This document shows positions 1 through 10,830 of a stretch of 36,862 nt of DNA, in pieces. Every line of letters starts with the position of its first letter. Position 1 is the first letter of the stretch. This DNA comes from Octopus bimaculoides (lineage: Eukaryota), in the NCBI RefSeq assembly GCF_001194135.2, contig NC_068993.1, positions 47,051,597-47,088,458 on the forward strand. The letters run 5' to 3'. The notes beneath the pieces are model-generated. The model saw only the letters and a program-made list of their open reading frames with translations. It searched no databases and had not been told where the DNA came from. The translations under genes were made by a program, and so were the position numbers.

Positions 1-103
1 TACATATTTATATATATATATATATGTATATAAATGTATATATATATTTGTATACATATATATATATACATGCATATATATGTATATAGATATATGTGTA
101 TAT

Positions 104-170
<67 letters not shown>
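1..170. repeat. (TA)n/(TG)n compound microsatellite
   Basis: Directly visible dinucleotide runs. Confidence 0.95.
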
Positions 171-173
<3 letters not shown>

Positions 174-238
174 TAACTTAACAGAATGAGATAAAAATCC
201 AAGGCTGTGAAAGATTTCAGAACGTTTATAAATAGAAG

Positions 239-286
239 GTCTTATAGCTGTTTGCGGGATATTTTATATATCCCTTCATCGGAGAC
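239..286 (-). ncRNA. Degenerate type I hammerhead-ribozyme-like motif (Penelope-like element 3' region relic)
   Basis: Minus strand reads GTCT-CCGATGA-A-GGGATAT(ATAAA)ATATCCC-GCAAA-CAGCT-ATA-AGAC. It has a perfect 7-bp stem II, a 4-bp stem I (GTCT/AGAC) and a near-palindromic stem III. The core deviates from CUGAUGA/GAAA/GUH at about 3 positions. Confidence 0.55.
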
Positions 287-687
287 GATGTGAGAAATGG
301 TTAAGCAATAGCTATTATAGATGAAATATGAAATAGAGAGTGAAGTGGAGGAAAGAAAATAGACGTGAAATATGCAGGGATATTGTATCATCAGTTCCGT
401 TATTTAAGCTGAATAGTATACTTGTAAGATTCCTGTACGTTGTGATTACGTTCCAATAGTATATATATCTATCTATCTATCTATATATATATAATTATAC
501 ACACACATACAAATGTATAACGGCAATAAAAAACGCATTTTGATAATACCTCATAAGTATATCCATGTCGATAACGATGATGATGATCATTATTATTCTC
601 ATCGTCATAGTCATCATCTCCGCCATTACGTCACCATTCTCCGGCACCATCACAACTACCACTTTCCTCCTCTCCTCTGCAACCTCC

Positions 688-1050
688 GAGGCCATTATTT
701 ATGAAGCCACCGTAAATTCCATGAACGTTAATAATACAGTTTCATCCATGAGATATGTGTGTCTCACAGAGGGAAATTTCAAAGCAAGATTCAACAATCA
801 CAACTTAAGCTCCAGACACCGGAATAAACAAGAGATTACCAAATTATCCAGTTATATATGGTTCTTAAAATAACAATGTGTCAACTACAGGATTTACTGG
901 AAGAGCCAAGCGTAAACCTTATACCAACCGTAATGGCAAGTGCAGTCTTTGTAATTTGGAAAGATTGCTCATCTGGAAATGTTCCTTAGACCCCGCTATA
1001 TGTTTAAATTCAAGAACTGAAGTTTTGGATCATATCCACATGTCCCAAAA
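688..1050 (+). mobile_element. Penelope-like retroelement GIY-YIG endonuclease fragment (pseudogenised)
   Basis: Translation across stops and a frameshift: AIIYEATV...RYVCLTEGNFKARFNNHNLSSRH...KLSSYIWFLK*..VNYRIYWK / KPYTNRNGKCSLCNLERLLIW...CLNSRTEVL. This matches the recalled PLE C-terminal GIY-YIG pattern IYxATV..YIGLTE..FKxRxxNH..LSxYIWxLK..CxLCxxEK..LNxRxE. Confidence 0.75.
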
Positions 1051-1138
1051 TACTAGTGGCACTTTAATACATGCATTATGCCCTTTAAATAAATAAATGA
1101 ATATATTTATTCGTCGCTTTGAGACCGCCACCTGTTCA

Positions 1139-1175
1139 CTGACAAAATTCCGTGCTGCACGGAATTTTGAATATA
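1139..1175 (+). other. Perfect 13-bp hairpin flanked by decayed hammerhead-like core motifs
   Basis: CAAAATTCCGTGC-T-GCACGGAATTTTG (1143-1155/1157-1169) is a perfect inverted repeat. It overlaps CTGACAA on the left and TTGAAT on the right, about 90 bp downstream of the GIY-YIG fragment. Confidence 0.4.
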
Positions 1176-1256
1176 TATATATAATACATACATGCATGCA
1201 TACATACATACATACATACATACATACATGCATATGCACATGTATATTTATATATA

Positions 1257-1471
1257 CGAGGGGATACAGAAAAGTTCCTGACTTTAAGGGTATTGCGAAA
1301 GGCCCAGCTGGAGGCTCAATCTTCCAAGTTCTTTTAAGGGGCGTAGAAAATTGAAGAACCGCTACAATAACTGTGTGAATCTGAGAGGGGGATATTTAGT
1401 ATAAAATCATAATTAACTTATCTTCCTGTATTTTCTTTTACCCAAAGCCAGGGACTTTCCAGGCCCCCTCA
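1257..1471 (+). mobile_element. Non-autonomous mariner-derived MITE (215 bp)
   Basis: Imperfect TIRs (CGAGGGGATACAGAAAAGTTCCTGACTTT ... AAAGCCAGGGACTTTCCAGGCCCCCTCA) with TA on both sides (1255-1256, 1472-1473). Positions 1348-1404 encode KLKNRYNNCVNLRGGYLV*, resembling a mariner transposase C-terminus. Confidence 0.75.
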
Positions 1472-1554
1472 TATATATGTATACACACATATGTATAGGT
1501 ATATGTATATTATTGAAAAATTGAATAGAAATGGCTTTTCTATTTTTTATTCTA

Positions 1555-2456
1555 NNNNNNNNNNNNNNNNNNNNNNNNNNNNNNNNNNNNNNNNNNNNNN
1601 NNNNNNNNNNNNNNNNNNNNNNNNNNNNNNNNNNNNNNNNNNNNNNNNNNNNNNNNNNNNNNNNNNNNNNNNNNNNNNNNNNNNNNNNNNNNNNNNNNNN
1701 NNNNNNNNNNNNNNNNNNNNNNNNNNNNNNNNNNNNNNNNNNNNNNNNNNNNNNNNNNNNNNNNNNNNNNNNNNNNNNNNNNNNNNNNNNNNNNNNNNNN
1801 NNNNNNNNNNNNNNNNNNNNNNNNNNNNNNNNNNNNNNNNNNNNNNNNNNNNNNNNNNNNNNNNNNNNNNNNNNNNNNNNNNNNNNNNNNNNNNNNNNNN
1901 NNNNNNNNNNNNNNNNNNNNNNNNNNNNNNNNNNNNNNNNNNNNNNNNNNNNNNNNNNNNNNNNNNNNNNNNNNNNNNNNNNNNNNNNNNNNNNNNNNNN
2001 NNNNNNNNNNNNNNNNNNNNNNNNNNNNNNNNNNNNNNNNNNNNNNNNNNNNNNNNNNNNNNNNNNNNNNNNNNNNNNNNNNNNNNNNNNNNNNNNNNNN
2101 NNNNNNNNNNNNNNNNNNNNNNNNNNNNNNNNNNNNNNNNNNNNNNNNNNNNNNNNNNNNNNNNNNNNNNNNNNNNNNNNNNNNNNNNNNNNNNNNNNNN
2201 NNNNNNNNNNNNNNNNNNNNNNNNNNNNNNNNNNNNNNNNNNNNNNNNNNNNNNNNNNNNNNNNNNNNNNNNNNNNNNNNNNNNNNNNNNNNNNNNNNNN
2301 NNNNNNNNNNNNNNNNNNNNNNNNNNNNNNNNNNNNNNNNNNNNNNNNNNNNNNNNNNNNNNNNNNNNNNNNNNNNNNNNNNNNNNNNNNNNNNNNNNNN
2401 NNNNNNNNNNNNNNNNNNNNNNNNNNNNNNNNNNNNNNNNNNNNNNNNNNNNNNNN
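1555..2456. other. Assembly gap (largest of 13 N-runs: 1555-2456, 3942-3986, 8776-9184, 12968-13149, 14979-15273, 20778-20840, 21993-22002, 23139-23410, 25862-26076, 27528-27976, 30197-30323, 30946-31179, 35621-36043)
   Basis: Runs of N in the sequence. Confidence 0.99.
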
Positions 2457-2488
2457 ATATATATATATATATACTTATTTGCATTCAT

Positions 2489-2740
2489 GTGAGGATGTAT
2501 GACCTAGTGGGTAGGGTGTTGCACTCAAGACGGTGAGATCGTGGTTTCAATTCCAGGAATGGCTGGTGAATTGTTTTCTTGCGCAGCACAATTCACCACA
2601 CGTTGCTCTACGATCAATTAGACACCTGATGGGTGGCACATTGTGCACCTGTTCAATCAAAAATCGATTTGATGGAGGTAGTGACCTGATGTACACTACA
2701 ATAATACATCATTTGTGGTCGTACAGAGAAAATTGAACTC
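2489..2740 (+). mobile_element. Diverged tRNA-derived SINE (head related to the 24224-24472 element)
   Basis: A-box-like TGACCTAGTGG and B-box-like GGTTTCAATTCC. The head and the following TTGTTTTCTTGCGCAGCAC..CACGTTGCTC align with the reverse complement of 24224-24472. Confidence 0.6.
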
Positions 2741-2790
2741 TCATACGTCGTCTTCGACGAGATATTCCATCACACATATTCGTATATATC

Positions 2791-3022
2791 TATTTCTTTA
2801 TTGCCCATAGGGGGCTAAACATAGAGGGGACAAACAAGGACAGGCAAAGGGATTAAGTCGATTACATTGACCCCAGTGCGTAACTGGTACTTATTTAATC
2901 GACTCCGAAAGGATGAAAGGCAAAGTCGACCTCGGCGGAATTTGAACTCAGAACGTAACAGCAGACGAAATACCACTAAGCATTTCGCCAGCGTGCTAAC
3001 GATTCTGCCGGCTCGCCGCCCT
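2791..3022 (-). mobile_element. tRNA-derived SINE with Meta-like central domain, near full length (family M)
   Basis: Minus strand: GGCGGCGAGCCGGCAGAATCG (A box) ... GAGTTCAAATTCC (B box) GCCGAGGTCGACTTTGCCTTTCATCCTTTCGGAGTCGATTAAATAAGTACCAG. The central block recurs at 26185-26236 and 29766-29820. Confidence 0.8.
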
Positions 3023-3194
3023 TATATTCATATTTATCGTATACAAGAAAACCACACATAACTCTCTCTCTCGCAAGAATGCCAGGATATTCTTTAATTG
3101 TAAAATTAATACCTGAATATATAATTGTATAAAATGATTGCTAAACGTTTAGAATGCTTGCTTTAAAGTTTAATTACTACAGTATTTATCGATA

Positions 3195-3390
3195 TCATGG
3201 CGTATTTTTTGGTCGTTCATTCGATCTGTTTGCATTTTGGTGTCCTGCAAGCATACAATATTCGCATTCTTTCCGCTACTTCTTCGTCTTGGAACTTTTT
3301 GAATAAATTCACCCTTTCAATCAGCGTTACTAATTTACCAAATTTCTAGTTATATCTTGCGCATTTTAACACATCATTGCTAATGAGAAT
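3195..3390 (-). mobile_element. Possible LINE apurinic-endonuclease N-terminal relic
   Basis: Minus strand gives ...NANIVCLQDTK..., resembling the APE DIxxLQET motif, with a C*NAQ (TLNxR-like) segment about 30 codons upstream. Heavily frameshifted; only one motif is convincing. Confidence 0.3.
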
Positions 3391-3986
3391 AGTCGTCTAG
3401 CGGATAGCTATAAATCTAGTTAACTTTTTGAAAATAATGTAGCGTATTAACTTTGGGTTTTAATTGTTAGTAATTGTATGCTTTTAATTTGATGACCTAA
3501 TTAGATACGAAGGCAAAATGACTAAATAATTTATGGACTAACAATATTTGTCAGCTTCCTAATAACCGCTGCTAACTGTAGTTATATAACTGTCGCTATT
3601 TAGAATATTATTTCTTCATGACTTAGCCTCTCACGTGGTCAAATGCAAGTCAACACTGTTATACAACTATCTCGTGTTAATCACCGTGTGGTTTAACAGC
3701 CATTAAACGCCAAGTGAAACGTTGTATACTGGAAAGAAGACACAGAAAATATATTCTAATAACAGGAATATATTGATGCATTTCATAGTTGTGTCTAAAA
3801 CGTTCCATAAACTATCATGTGATTTCAGACTCAATCTCACTGCACGGAACATTGAGCAAGTGTACTCTACTGAGCTATAGGCTGACCAATCCTTTGTGAG
3901 TAAATATGGTAAAAGAAAACTGGTGGATGTCCGTCATATATNNNNNNNNNNNNNNNNNNNNNNNNNNNNNNNNNNNNNNNNNNNNN

Positions 3987-4023
<37 letters not shown>

Positions 4024-4101
4024 CACATACATATATATGTATGTATACATACATACGTACGTATGTGTATGTATATATATATGTATATGTGTGTATATAT
4101 A

Positions 4102-5357
4102 TTGGGTCATCCCATAAATAATGTGGATTTTTATACTTCTTTTAGTTTTCAAAATTAAACTTCTTTTCTGATCTAAAATATACTTCTTCATTTTCTACAA
4201 TACTCTTCCATCTATCTGGTAGAATTGCAAGCTCCTCTTCCAAAATTCGCTTGTCCGTGACGAAAAGTACTCCTGCAGTACTATTCTGACTTCGCCCACA
4301 GAATTCAAATTTATTCCATCCAAATGATTTTGAAGACTGCGGAATAAATGATAATCAGCTGGGGCAATGTCCGGTGAATATGGTGGGTGCGGTATCGTTT
4401 CTCATTCAGACTGCTCCAGCCTTTGGAGTGTCATCATCGCTGTATGTGGACGAGCATTATCCTGATGGAAGAACACCTTTCCTCTTGAAACCAAAGATGG
4501 TCGTTTTTCTTCTGGTGCTGACTTAAGCCACTCAAGCTGCTCGCAGTAAATCTCCTTTGTTAACATTTGGTTTGGGTTTAAAAGTTCAGAGGTGACTAAA
4601 TCTTTCATATCCCACCAAACAGATAACAACACCTTACGTGGGTCAAGACCTTCTTTAGCCTGGGGTGCCGGTGTTTCTCCTTACTCTACCCACTGTCTTT
4701 GGCTCTTGACATTTTTATAGAGAACCCATTTCTCACTACTAGTCACTAGCCGGTCCAAAAAAAGGTTCACTCCCTGATAAAAACAATATTCACTCTCTGC
4801 CAGTGATTAGACTCGGAAAGTTTTTGAGGAACATATTGACACAAATTGCTGACTTTTCCGATAGCATGTAGGTATCGATGAATAGTTGAATGACCAAATC
4901 CAAGCTTCTCTGCTTGTTCCTCAATAGTTACGATGAGTGTTTGTTCCACCAGAATTTCTAGGACGTTCTCGTCGAGCTCTACAGATCTTTTAGGACGAGG
5001 CTCGTCTTCTACGCTGTAGTTTCCTGATCAGAATCTCTGGAACCACTGTTGATACTGGCTTACACTTATTGTCCGATCCATATACTGCATTAATATCTCT
5101 CGCACTTGTGTTGTTGCCTTCATTGAATTCATAAAGCAAAATAATTCAAACATCTCCCTTTGTCTCTTCCATTATAGCTTAGACAAAATAACTGTTAAAA
5201 TCGAACTCCCCTCTTCAAAACTTGCACTAAGAATAAATACAAAGGTAAAATTACTACCTGCTTTTATAGCAAGTTGATACAGGTAATTTATCTCGTACCC
5301 CTCCGACTTGTAGTTCATGCAATTGAAAAAAACTGCATTATTTATGAGATGACCCAA
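4102..5357 (-). mobile_element. Full-length (1256 bp) defective mariner (Tc1/mariner, DD34D-type) DNA transposon
   Basis: TIRs TTGGGTCATCCCATAAATAATGTGG (4102) and its near-perfect reverse complement ending at 5357. TA target duplication at 4100-4101 and 5358-5359. Length is typical of mariner. Confidence 0.92.
4168..5172 (-). pseudogene. Mariner transposase pseudogene
   Basis: MEETKG..WFQRF*SGNYSVEDEPRP..YVPQKL (WVPHEL-like)..VTSSEKWVLYKN (first catalytic D lost from TGDEKW)..LLSVWWD..FHQDNARPH..PPYSPDIAPADYHLFRSLQN..LPDRWKSIVEN. Several stops and frameshifts. Confidence 0.9.
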
Positions 5358-5479
5358 TACATACATACAGACATACATACATACAAACATACACACTTGC
5401 GCGCGCTCACACACACATATGTATGTACATATATGTATATATCTGTATGTATATATAATGTATATATATACGTATGCGT

Positions 5480-5645
5480 GTGTGTTTGTCACCCCACCAC
5501 TTCCACCGTACAACTAAATATACAGTCGGAAAAAGAATGGATAGAATATATACCAGAATTAATAGGATCGATTTGTTCGGCTAAAATCGTTCTGGGCAGT
5601 AACCCAGCATGATCGCAGACAGGTTATTGAAACAATTAATAGAGA
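5480..5645 (+). mobile_element. 3' fragment of SINE family A
   Basis: GTTTGTCACCCCACC..GATAGAATA..GATCGATTTGTTCGGCTAAA..CCAGCATGATCGCAG..TTGAAACAA aligns with the reverse complement of 17822-18000. Confidence 0.55.
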
Positions 5646-5869
5646 AGTTAAGCGAAAAAATATACTACGACACTACATACCAGAGATTGACTGATTTGAC
5701 AAGAGGACATCTGAATGATTACCTGAAGTGCTAGAAATGGCAACCAAATCTCTTTCAAATCACTAAAATTTCATAAAATGACACGATAGATAATCTTATC
5801 CGCTGTTCCTGCTGACATAGCTTTAAACAGCGATATCCTAACCCCATTAAATATATATTCTCTTTCTTT

Positions 5870-6280
5870 TTTTCTTTTTACTTGTTGCCGTCATTAGACT
5901 GCAGCCTTCCTTAGTTTAGCCGAACAAAATAACCAAATGCTTATTTCTTTTGAAGCATGATACTTATTCTGTCGAAGTCTGTTTGTCGAATCGCTGCTAC
6001 AACGAGAACTAAACACACATACACCAGTTGTCAAGCTGTGGTTGGGACAAACTCAGACACTAACACACACACACATCCGCACGTACATATATATATATAT
6101 ACATATACACGATGAGCTTTCTTTCAGTTTTAGTCTATCAATCTATCAAACCAACTACTCACAAGTCTTTTGTCAGTCCGGAGCTACAACAGAAGACGCT
6201 TGCCGAAGTTGCGTAGTGGAACTGAACTTGGGATCTCTGATCGGGAAGCAAAATTCTCACAGCACAGCAACATCTGTGAA
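5870..6280 (-). mobile_element. SINE family A (tRNA head + CORE-like block + internal microsatellite + 3' module), diverged full copy
   Basis: Colinear with 17822-18215: GTCATTAGACTGCA, GGTTGTCAAGC, GGGACAAAC, CA/TA tract, TTTCAGTTT, GAAGACGCTTGCC, GGAACTGAAC. Confidence 0.7.
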
Positions 6281-6554
6281 ACATTGTAACATTGTATAAA
6301 CTAGATATAAAAGCTTACATAAGATGTCTAGGACAGTGGCACTCCTAAAGAAGTTTAGTAAGTTTCAAAGTTTTGGTAAAACATGGCAGCTTGCTGTTAT
6401 ATGCTCGTCAACCCATGAATATCTTCATATTGACATATTTACGAGTGTGCACCTTGACTAGTGAAATACAATCGCTTTTATATAATGCTTCCAACACATA
6501 ATACATGATATTTCTCACACGCACGCTCACACACATGAACCAATATTATCATAT

Positions 6555-6587
<33 letters not shown>

Positions 6588-6759
6588 TAGGTGGCGTACG
6601 TGTGTGTACATTTTCACTTTAGCTGTCGGCAATTTTCATGGAACTTTTCATTTAATCTTTTTCAAACGAGTGTTGACCAATGTAAGAGAATAGAAAATCA
6701 GGATTCATTCAAGATGACATTTTCCAGTCGTATACTTTTAGGAATTATTTCTACAACCA

Positions 6760-6760
<1 letters not shown>

Positions 6761-6825
<65 letters not shown>

Positions 6826-6857
6826 GCTGTTGTTGTTGTTGTTGTTGTTGTTGTTAG
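6761..6857. repeat. (TAT)n to (TGT)n compound trinucleotide microsatellite
   Basis: Directly visible. Confidence 0.95.
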
Positions 6858-7124
6858 TATTGCTATTATTATTTGTTTGAGATGGTGAGATTTCGATAAC
6901 TACATCTCGATATGCTCTGAGGAAGTTTCTAAAATATTTCGCTTATTGTCGCTTGCTTTGACATTCCTCAACAATGACAAAAAAATAATGCTTAACGTCT
7001 TTTGTCATTTAGCCTGATCTAACAGACCTACGGAAAAATACTCCGCAACCGTGAACCTACCGATATTTAAATATATATAGAACTAACTTATCTAATGCGT
7101 CCTTTTCGAAGAGAGTCTGATTTG

Positions 7125-7310
7125 ACCGAGATTTGGCTTCGTATGATATGTTTCCGCACAGTTTCTCTCTACCAGATTTTACTCACATAGCTTTAATTGA
7201 CACACGGCTTAATTAGAAGACATTTGGTCACGGTATTACCTAGCGGTGTCGCCATCATTATCTATTATGAAGCAAACCTCTTTAATCACAAAAGCATGTC
7301 TGACTTGATA
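7125..7310 (-). mobile_element. Old 5' fragment of SINE family A
   Basis: TTTCCGCACAGTTTC..CTACCAGATTTTACTCACATAGCTTT..TAGAAGACATTTG..GCAAACCTCTTTAATCACA matches the family A head and core. Confidence 0.5.
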
Positions 7311-7899
7311 TACTTAACTTCTTGTTAGGAGAGGCGAAGCTTTTGAATTTTCTTTCATCGTTTCAAGTCACAACGTTCATTTTACTTGTAGCAACAATTA
7401 TTCTGTCTAGTGAATAACATCTGTAATCGTGACAGAACTATATGTAAATTTTCTGATGGTAGCTAAGGAAAAGTTTAAAATTCCTTTTTGAATTTTGTTT
7501 TTATTGTTTAATGAGCGTATGACTTCGACGAAGGGGAGGAATTGTTAATTTAGGGACTGGAAGTGACAGAGATTGATCTGTTATTTTCTGTTATTATATC
7601 TAATATCCGGTTACTTAGCCGCATGCATACAATGCGTTAACAGTTCAGTTCTTTTGCTCACAGAAAATTTTAATCGAAGGAAAATATTGATAAACGCTTC
7701 CTTCAAGCTTTCATTTCATATTTCAAAAAAATATTCAAGACAGTGGATATTCAAAAGAAAACCAGGTTCGGTTTACCAGCTCATGATTGGGAATGAGCAA
7801 CTCTGAGTACGAGAAATCGGAGAGTTTCAATTATAATGTATCAAAGCATACTCTCCATTTGCAATGAGTCGTATAATTCATGGTTGCTGGCGAATCAAC

Positions 7900-8050
7900 A
7901 TGTATGTATGTATGTATGTATGTATGTATGTATGTATGTATGAGTGTATGTATTTATATATGTATGTATGTATGTATGTATGTGTACATGCATGCATGTA
8001 TGTATGTATGTATGTATGTATTATGTATGTATGTATGTATGTATGTGTGT
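7900..8050. repeat. (TATG)n tetranucleotide microsatellite
   Basis: Directly visible. Confidence 0.95.
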
Positions 8051-8051
8051 T

Positions 8052-8417
8052 GTAGAGGCGCAATGGCTCATTAGTTAGGGCACCGGACTCGCGGTCATAG
8101 GATCGCGGTTTCGATTCCCAGACCGGGCGTTGTGAGAGTTTATTGAGCGAAAACACCTAAAGCTCCACGGGGCGAACCCTGCTGTTCTCTTTCACCACAA
8201 CTTTCTCTCACTCTTTCTTCCTGTTTCTGTTGTACCTGTATTTCGAAGGGCCAGCCTTGTCACAGTGTCACGCTAAATATCCCCGAGAACTACATTAAGG
8301 GTACACGTGTCTGTGGAATGCTCAGCCACTTGCACGTTAATTTCAGGAGCAGGCTGTTCTGTTGATCGGATCAACTGGAACCCTCGACGTCGTAAGCGAC
8401 GGAGTGCCATCAACAAC
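8052..8417 (+). mobile_element. tRNA-derived SINE family B, full length
   Basis: A box TGGCTCATTAG, B box GGTTTCGATTCC, and a (CAA)n-like tail. About 90% identical by eye to the reverse complement of 17368-17743. Possible low-complexity TSD ATGTATGTGTGT (8039-8050 / 8418-8429). Confidence 0.88.
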
Positions 8418-8439
8418 ATGTATGTGTGTGTGTGTATGC

Positions 8440-8730
8440 ATGTCATTATTCAATATTCAGTATGTGGCTGTCTTTTATCTTTTACGTGTTGGGGCACTAC
8501 CCTGAACCGTTATTTTATTCGGATGTATAGCACTTATTCTCTCGCAAGCTTTTTTCTCGAACAGCTAAGTTAGGGGTTCGAATAGGACTAAAACCGGTTT
8601 TCAAGCGTTTGTGGTGGTGCTGCTTTCAGTGTTTCTTTACCAGATCCACCCACAAGGATTTGGTCGGCCCGAACAATGTCGGAACAATGTGGTTGAGAAG
8701 TAAACTTATTGTAGCATGGCGTCACTTGAC
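8440..8730 (-). mobile_element. Diverged, internally deleted SINE family A copy
   Basis: GCACTTATTCT..GAACAGCTAAGTTAGGGG..GGTTTTCAAGCG..CACCCACAAGGATTTGGTCGGCCCG..GGAACAATGTGGTTGAGAAGTAAACTT are shared with 17822-18215. Confidence 0.55.
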
Positions 8731-9184
8731 CATATATGTGTGTGTGTATGTGTGCGTGTATATATATATATATATNNNNNNNNNNNNNNNNNNNNNNNNN
8801 NNNNNNNNNNNNNNNNNNNNNNNNNNNNNNNNNNNNNNNNNNNNNNNNNNNNNNNNNNNNNNNNNNNNNNNNNNNNNNNNNNNNNNNNNNNNNNNNNNNN
8901 NNNNNNNNNNNNNNNNNNNNNNNNNNNNNNNNNNNNNNNNNNNNNNNNNNNNNNNNNNNNNNNNNNNNNNNNNNNNNNNNNNNNNNNNNNNNNNNNNNNN
9001 NNNNNNNNNNNNNNNNNNNNNNNNNNNNNNNNNNNNNNNNNNNNNNNNNNNNNNNNNNNNNNNNNNNNNNNNNNNNNNNNNNNNNNNNNNNNNNNNNNNN
9101 NNNNNNNNNNNNNNNNNNNNNNNNNNNNNNNNNNNNNNNNNNNNNNNNNNNNNNNNNNNNNNNNNNNNNNNNNNNNNNNNNNNN

Positions 9185-9247
<63 letters not shown>

Positions 9248-9550
9248 TTGTGAGTGTGAGTGTGCCTGTTTGTGTGTGCGTGTAAAAGAGAGAGATAGAG
9301 AGAAAAAAAAGAGAGAAGGAGAAGGAAAGAGAGTGAATGCTTGTATGTGTAAAATAGGTGTGACAAGTAGAGCGAATGAGACGTAGATAGATTGGTAAAT
9401 AGAGAATGAGATTGAGAGGGAGAGAGAGTGCGAAAGAAAGAGAGTGTGTATAATTAACAGTTATATGTTTGTTGAAGTAATCGGCTTCTGGTAATCACAG
9501 AGTACGAAACTAAATGTAGCTATCGCTGATAACTTTTAAATATTGTGTAG

Positions 9551-9658
9551 ATCCCAGTTATGATTATGTTTGTTCTGATAAGATTCTGGCGAGAAACCTA
9601 TATTTCAGGATCTTATGCGCAGACACACAGGCTACAATATATTTCCTTAGGGGAACTT
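9551..9658 (+). CDS. Weak candidate internal exon (108 nt, phase 1-1): PSYDYVCSDKILARNLYFRILCADTQATIYFLRGT
   Basis: AG acceptor (TATTGTGTAG), GTTTGT donor and an open frame in unique sequence. No homology confirmed. Confidence 0.2.
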
Positions 9659-9704
9659 GTTTGTATTTCATGTTCCTTCTAATAGTTGTCATACGGTTGT
9701 AGCT

Positions 9705-9889
9705 ATCACCAGCACCAAAACCACCACCACCACCACTTTCATTACCATTGTCATTGTCGTCATCAACATCATCATCATCTTCATCATTATCATCATCATT
9801 GTCGTCGTCATCATCATTGTCGTCGTCATCATCATTGTCGTCGTCATCATCATCAACCCCATCGTCGTCATCATCGCCATCATCATCTT

Positions 9890-9947
<58 letters not shown>

Positions 9948-9985
9948 GCCATCATAATCATCTTAATCGTTGTCGTCATCGTTGT
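9705..9985. repeat. (CAC)/(CAT)/(CGT) trinucleotide low-complexity tract
   Basis: Directly visible; source of the poly-I/H/M ORFs. Confidence 0.95.
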
Positions 9986-10118
9986 TTCATCAAGTGCTAT
10001 CGTTTAGCTATTGGCAATCGTTTACTTCAGAATTCTTCGTTTGACTGTTGCTGGTATTAGTTTTGTTTCTTTGACAATATGTTATTGTTATTGTTATTGT
10101 CTTTCATATTTTTCATAT

Positions 10119-10295
10119 ATGGTGAAGGCATGACTGTGTGCTTAAGATGGCTCGTTTGCAGCTTCGTGTTTCCGAGTTCAGTTTCATTGCGCGGCACCTT
10201 GTGCTCCTGTCTTCTGTTACATCTCCGGGCCGATCAATGGGTTGTGAGTGAGCTTCGTAGAGAAAACCTGTGCGGAAACACGTCAAGGAGACACA
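10119..10295 (+). mobile_element. 5' half of SINE family A, followed by a (CA)n tract
   Basis: GGTGAAGGCATGACTGTGTG..CCGAGTTCAGTTTCATTGCGCGGCACCTTG..TGTCTTCTG..CCGGGCCGATCAA..TTGTGAGTG. Confidence 0.65.
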
Positions 10296-10327
10296 CGCAC
10301 CCACACATACGTGCACACACACACACG

Positions 10328-10375
<48 letters not shown>

Positions 10376-10704
10376 CGCACGCACGCGCAAACACACACAC
10401 ACACACGCACACATACACACTTATATATATATAAAGTTAGAAATATTACATTTCTAAATCTATTGTACAGTAGCAGTACGATAAAGTGATGGTTTGTTGC
10501 CAACTTAATGTGGTAGTCCCAGGAAAGGGAAAAATGCTATTGCTATTTATACCCAGGAAACACCATTTCTGTGTCCTTATGTTTTCAAACAGGGGATATA
10601 AGCACTTCCACCTATCAAAGCCAGCACCCAGAGACTAGTTTCAGAGTCATTGCGCATCCTCAATCTGGAGTAGCTTGGCTTGCTAACTGTCGATGCCTGT
10701 TCAC

Positions 10705-10830
10705 CTTTGACCGATAGAATAAGTATTAGACGTAAAGAAAAACGTGTGCAGGGATCGATTTGTTCGATCAGTTAAGCCAGTGGCTCTGTATAGCTGCAGT
10801 CTAATGATTGAAACAAGGTAAACACAAACG
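10705..10830 (+). mobile_element. 3' module of SINE family A
   Basis: GACCGATAGAATAAGTATTAG..GATCGATTTGTTCGA..GCTGCAGTCTAATGATTGAAACAAG. Confidence 0.6.

Noticed and set aside
8052-8125. tRNA-like sequences (also at 2489, about 2950-3022, about 17670-17743 and about 24400-24472)
   Set aside because: A/B boxes are present, but each runs into a SINE body, some with TSDs, and no complete cloverleaf or acceptor stem is evident.
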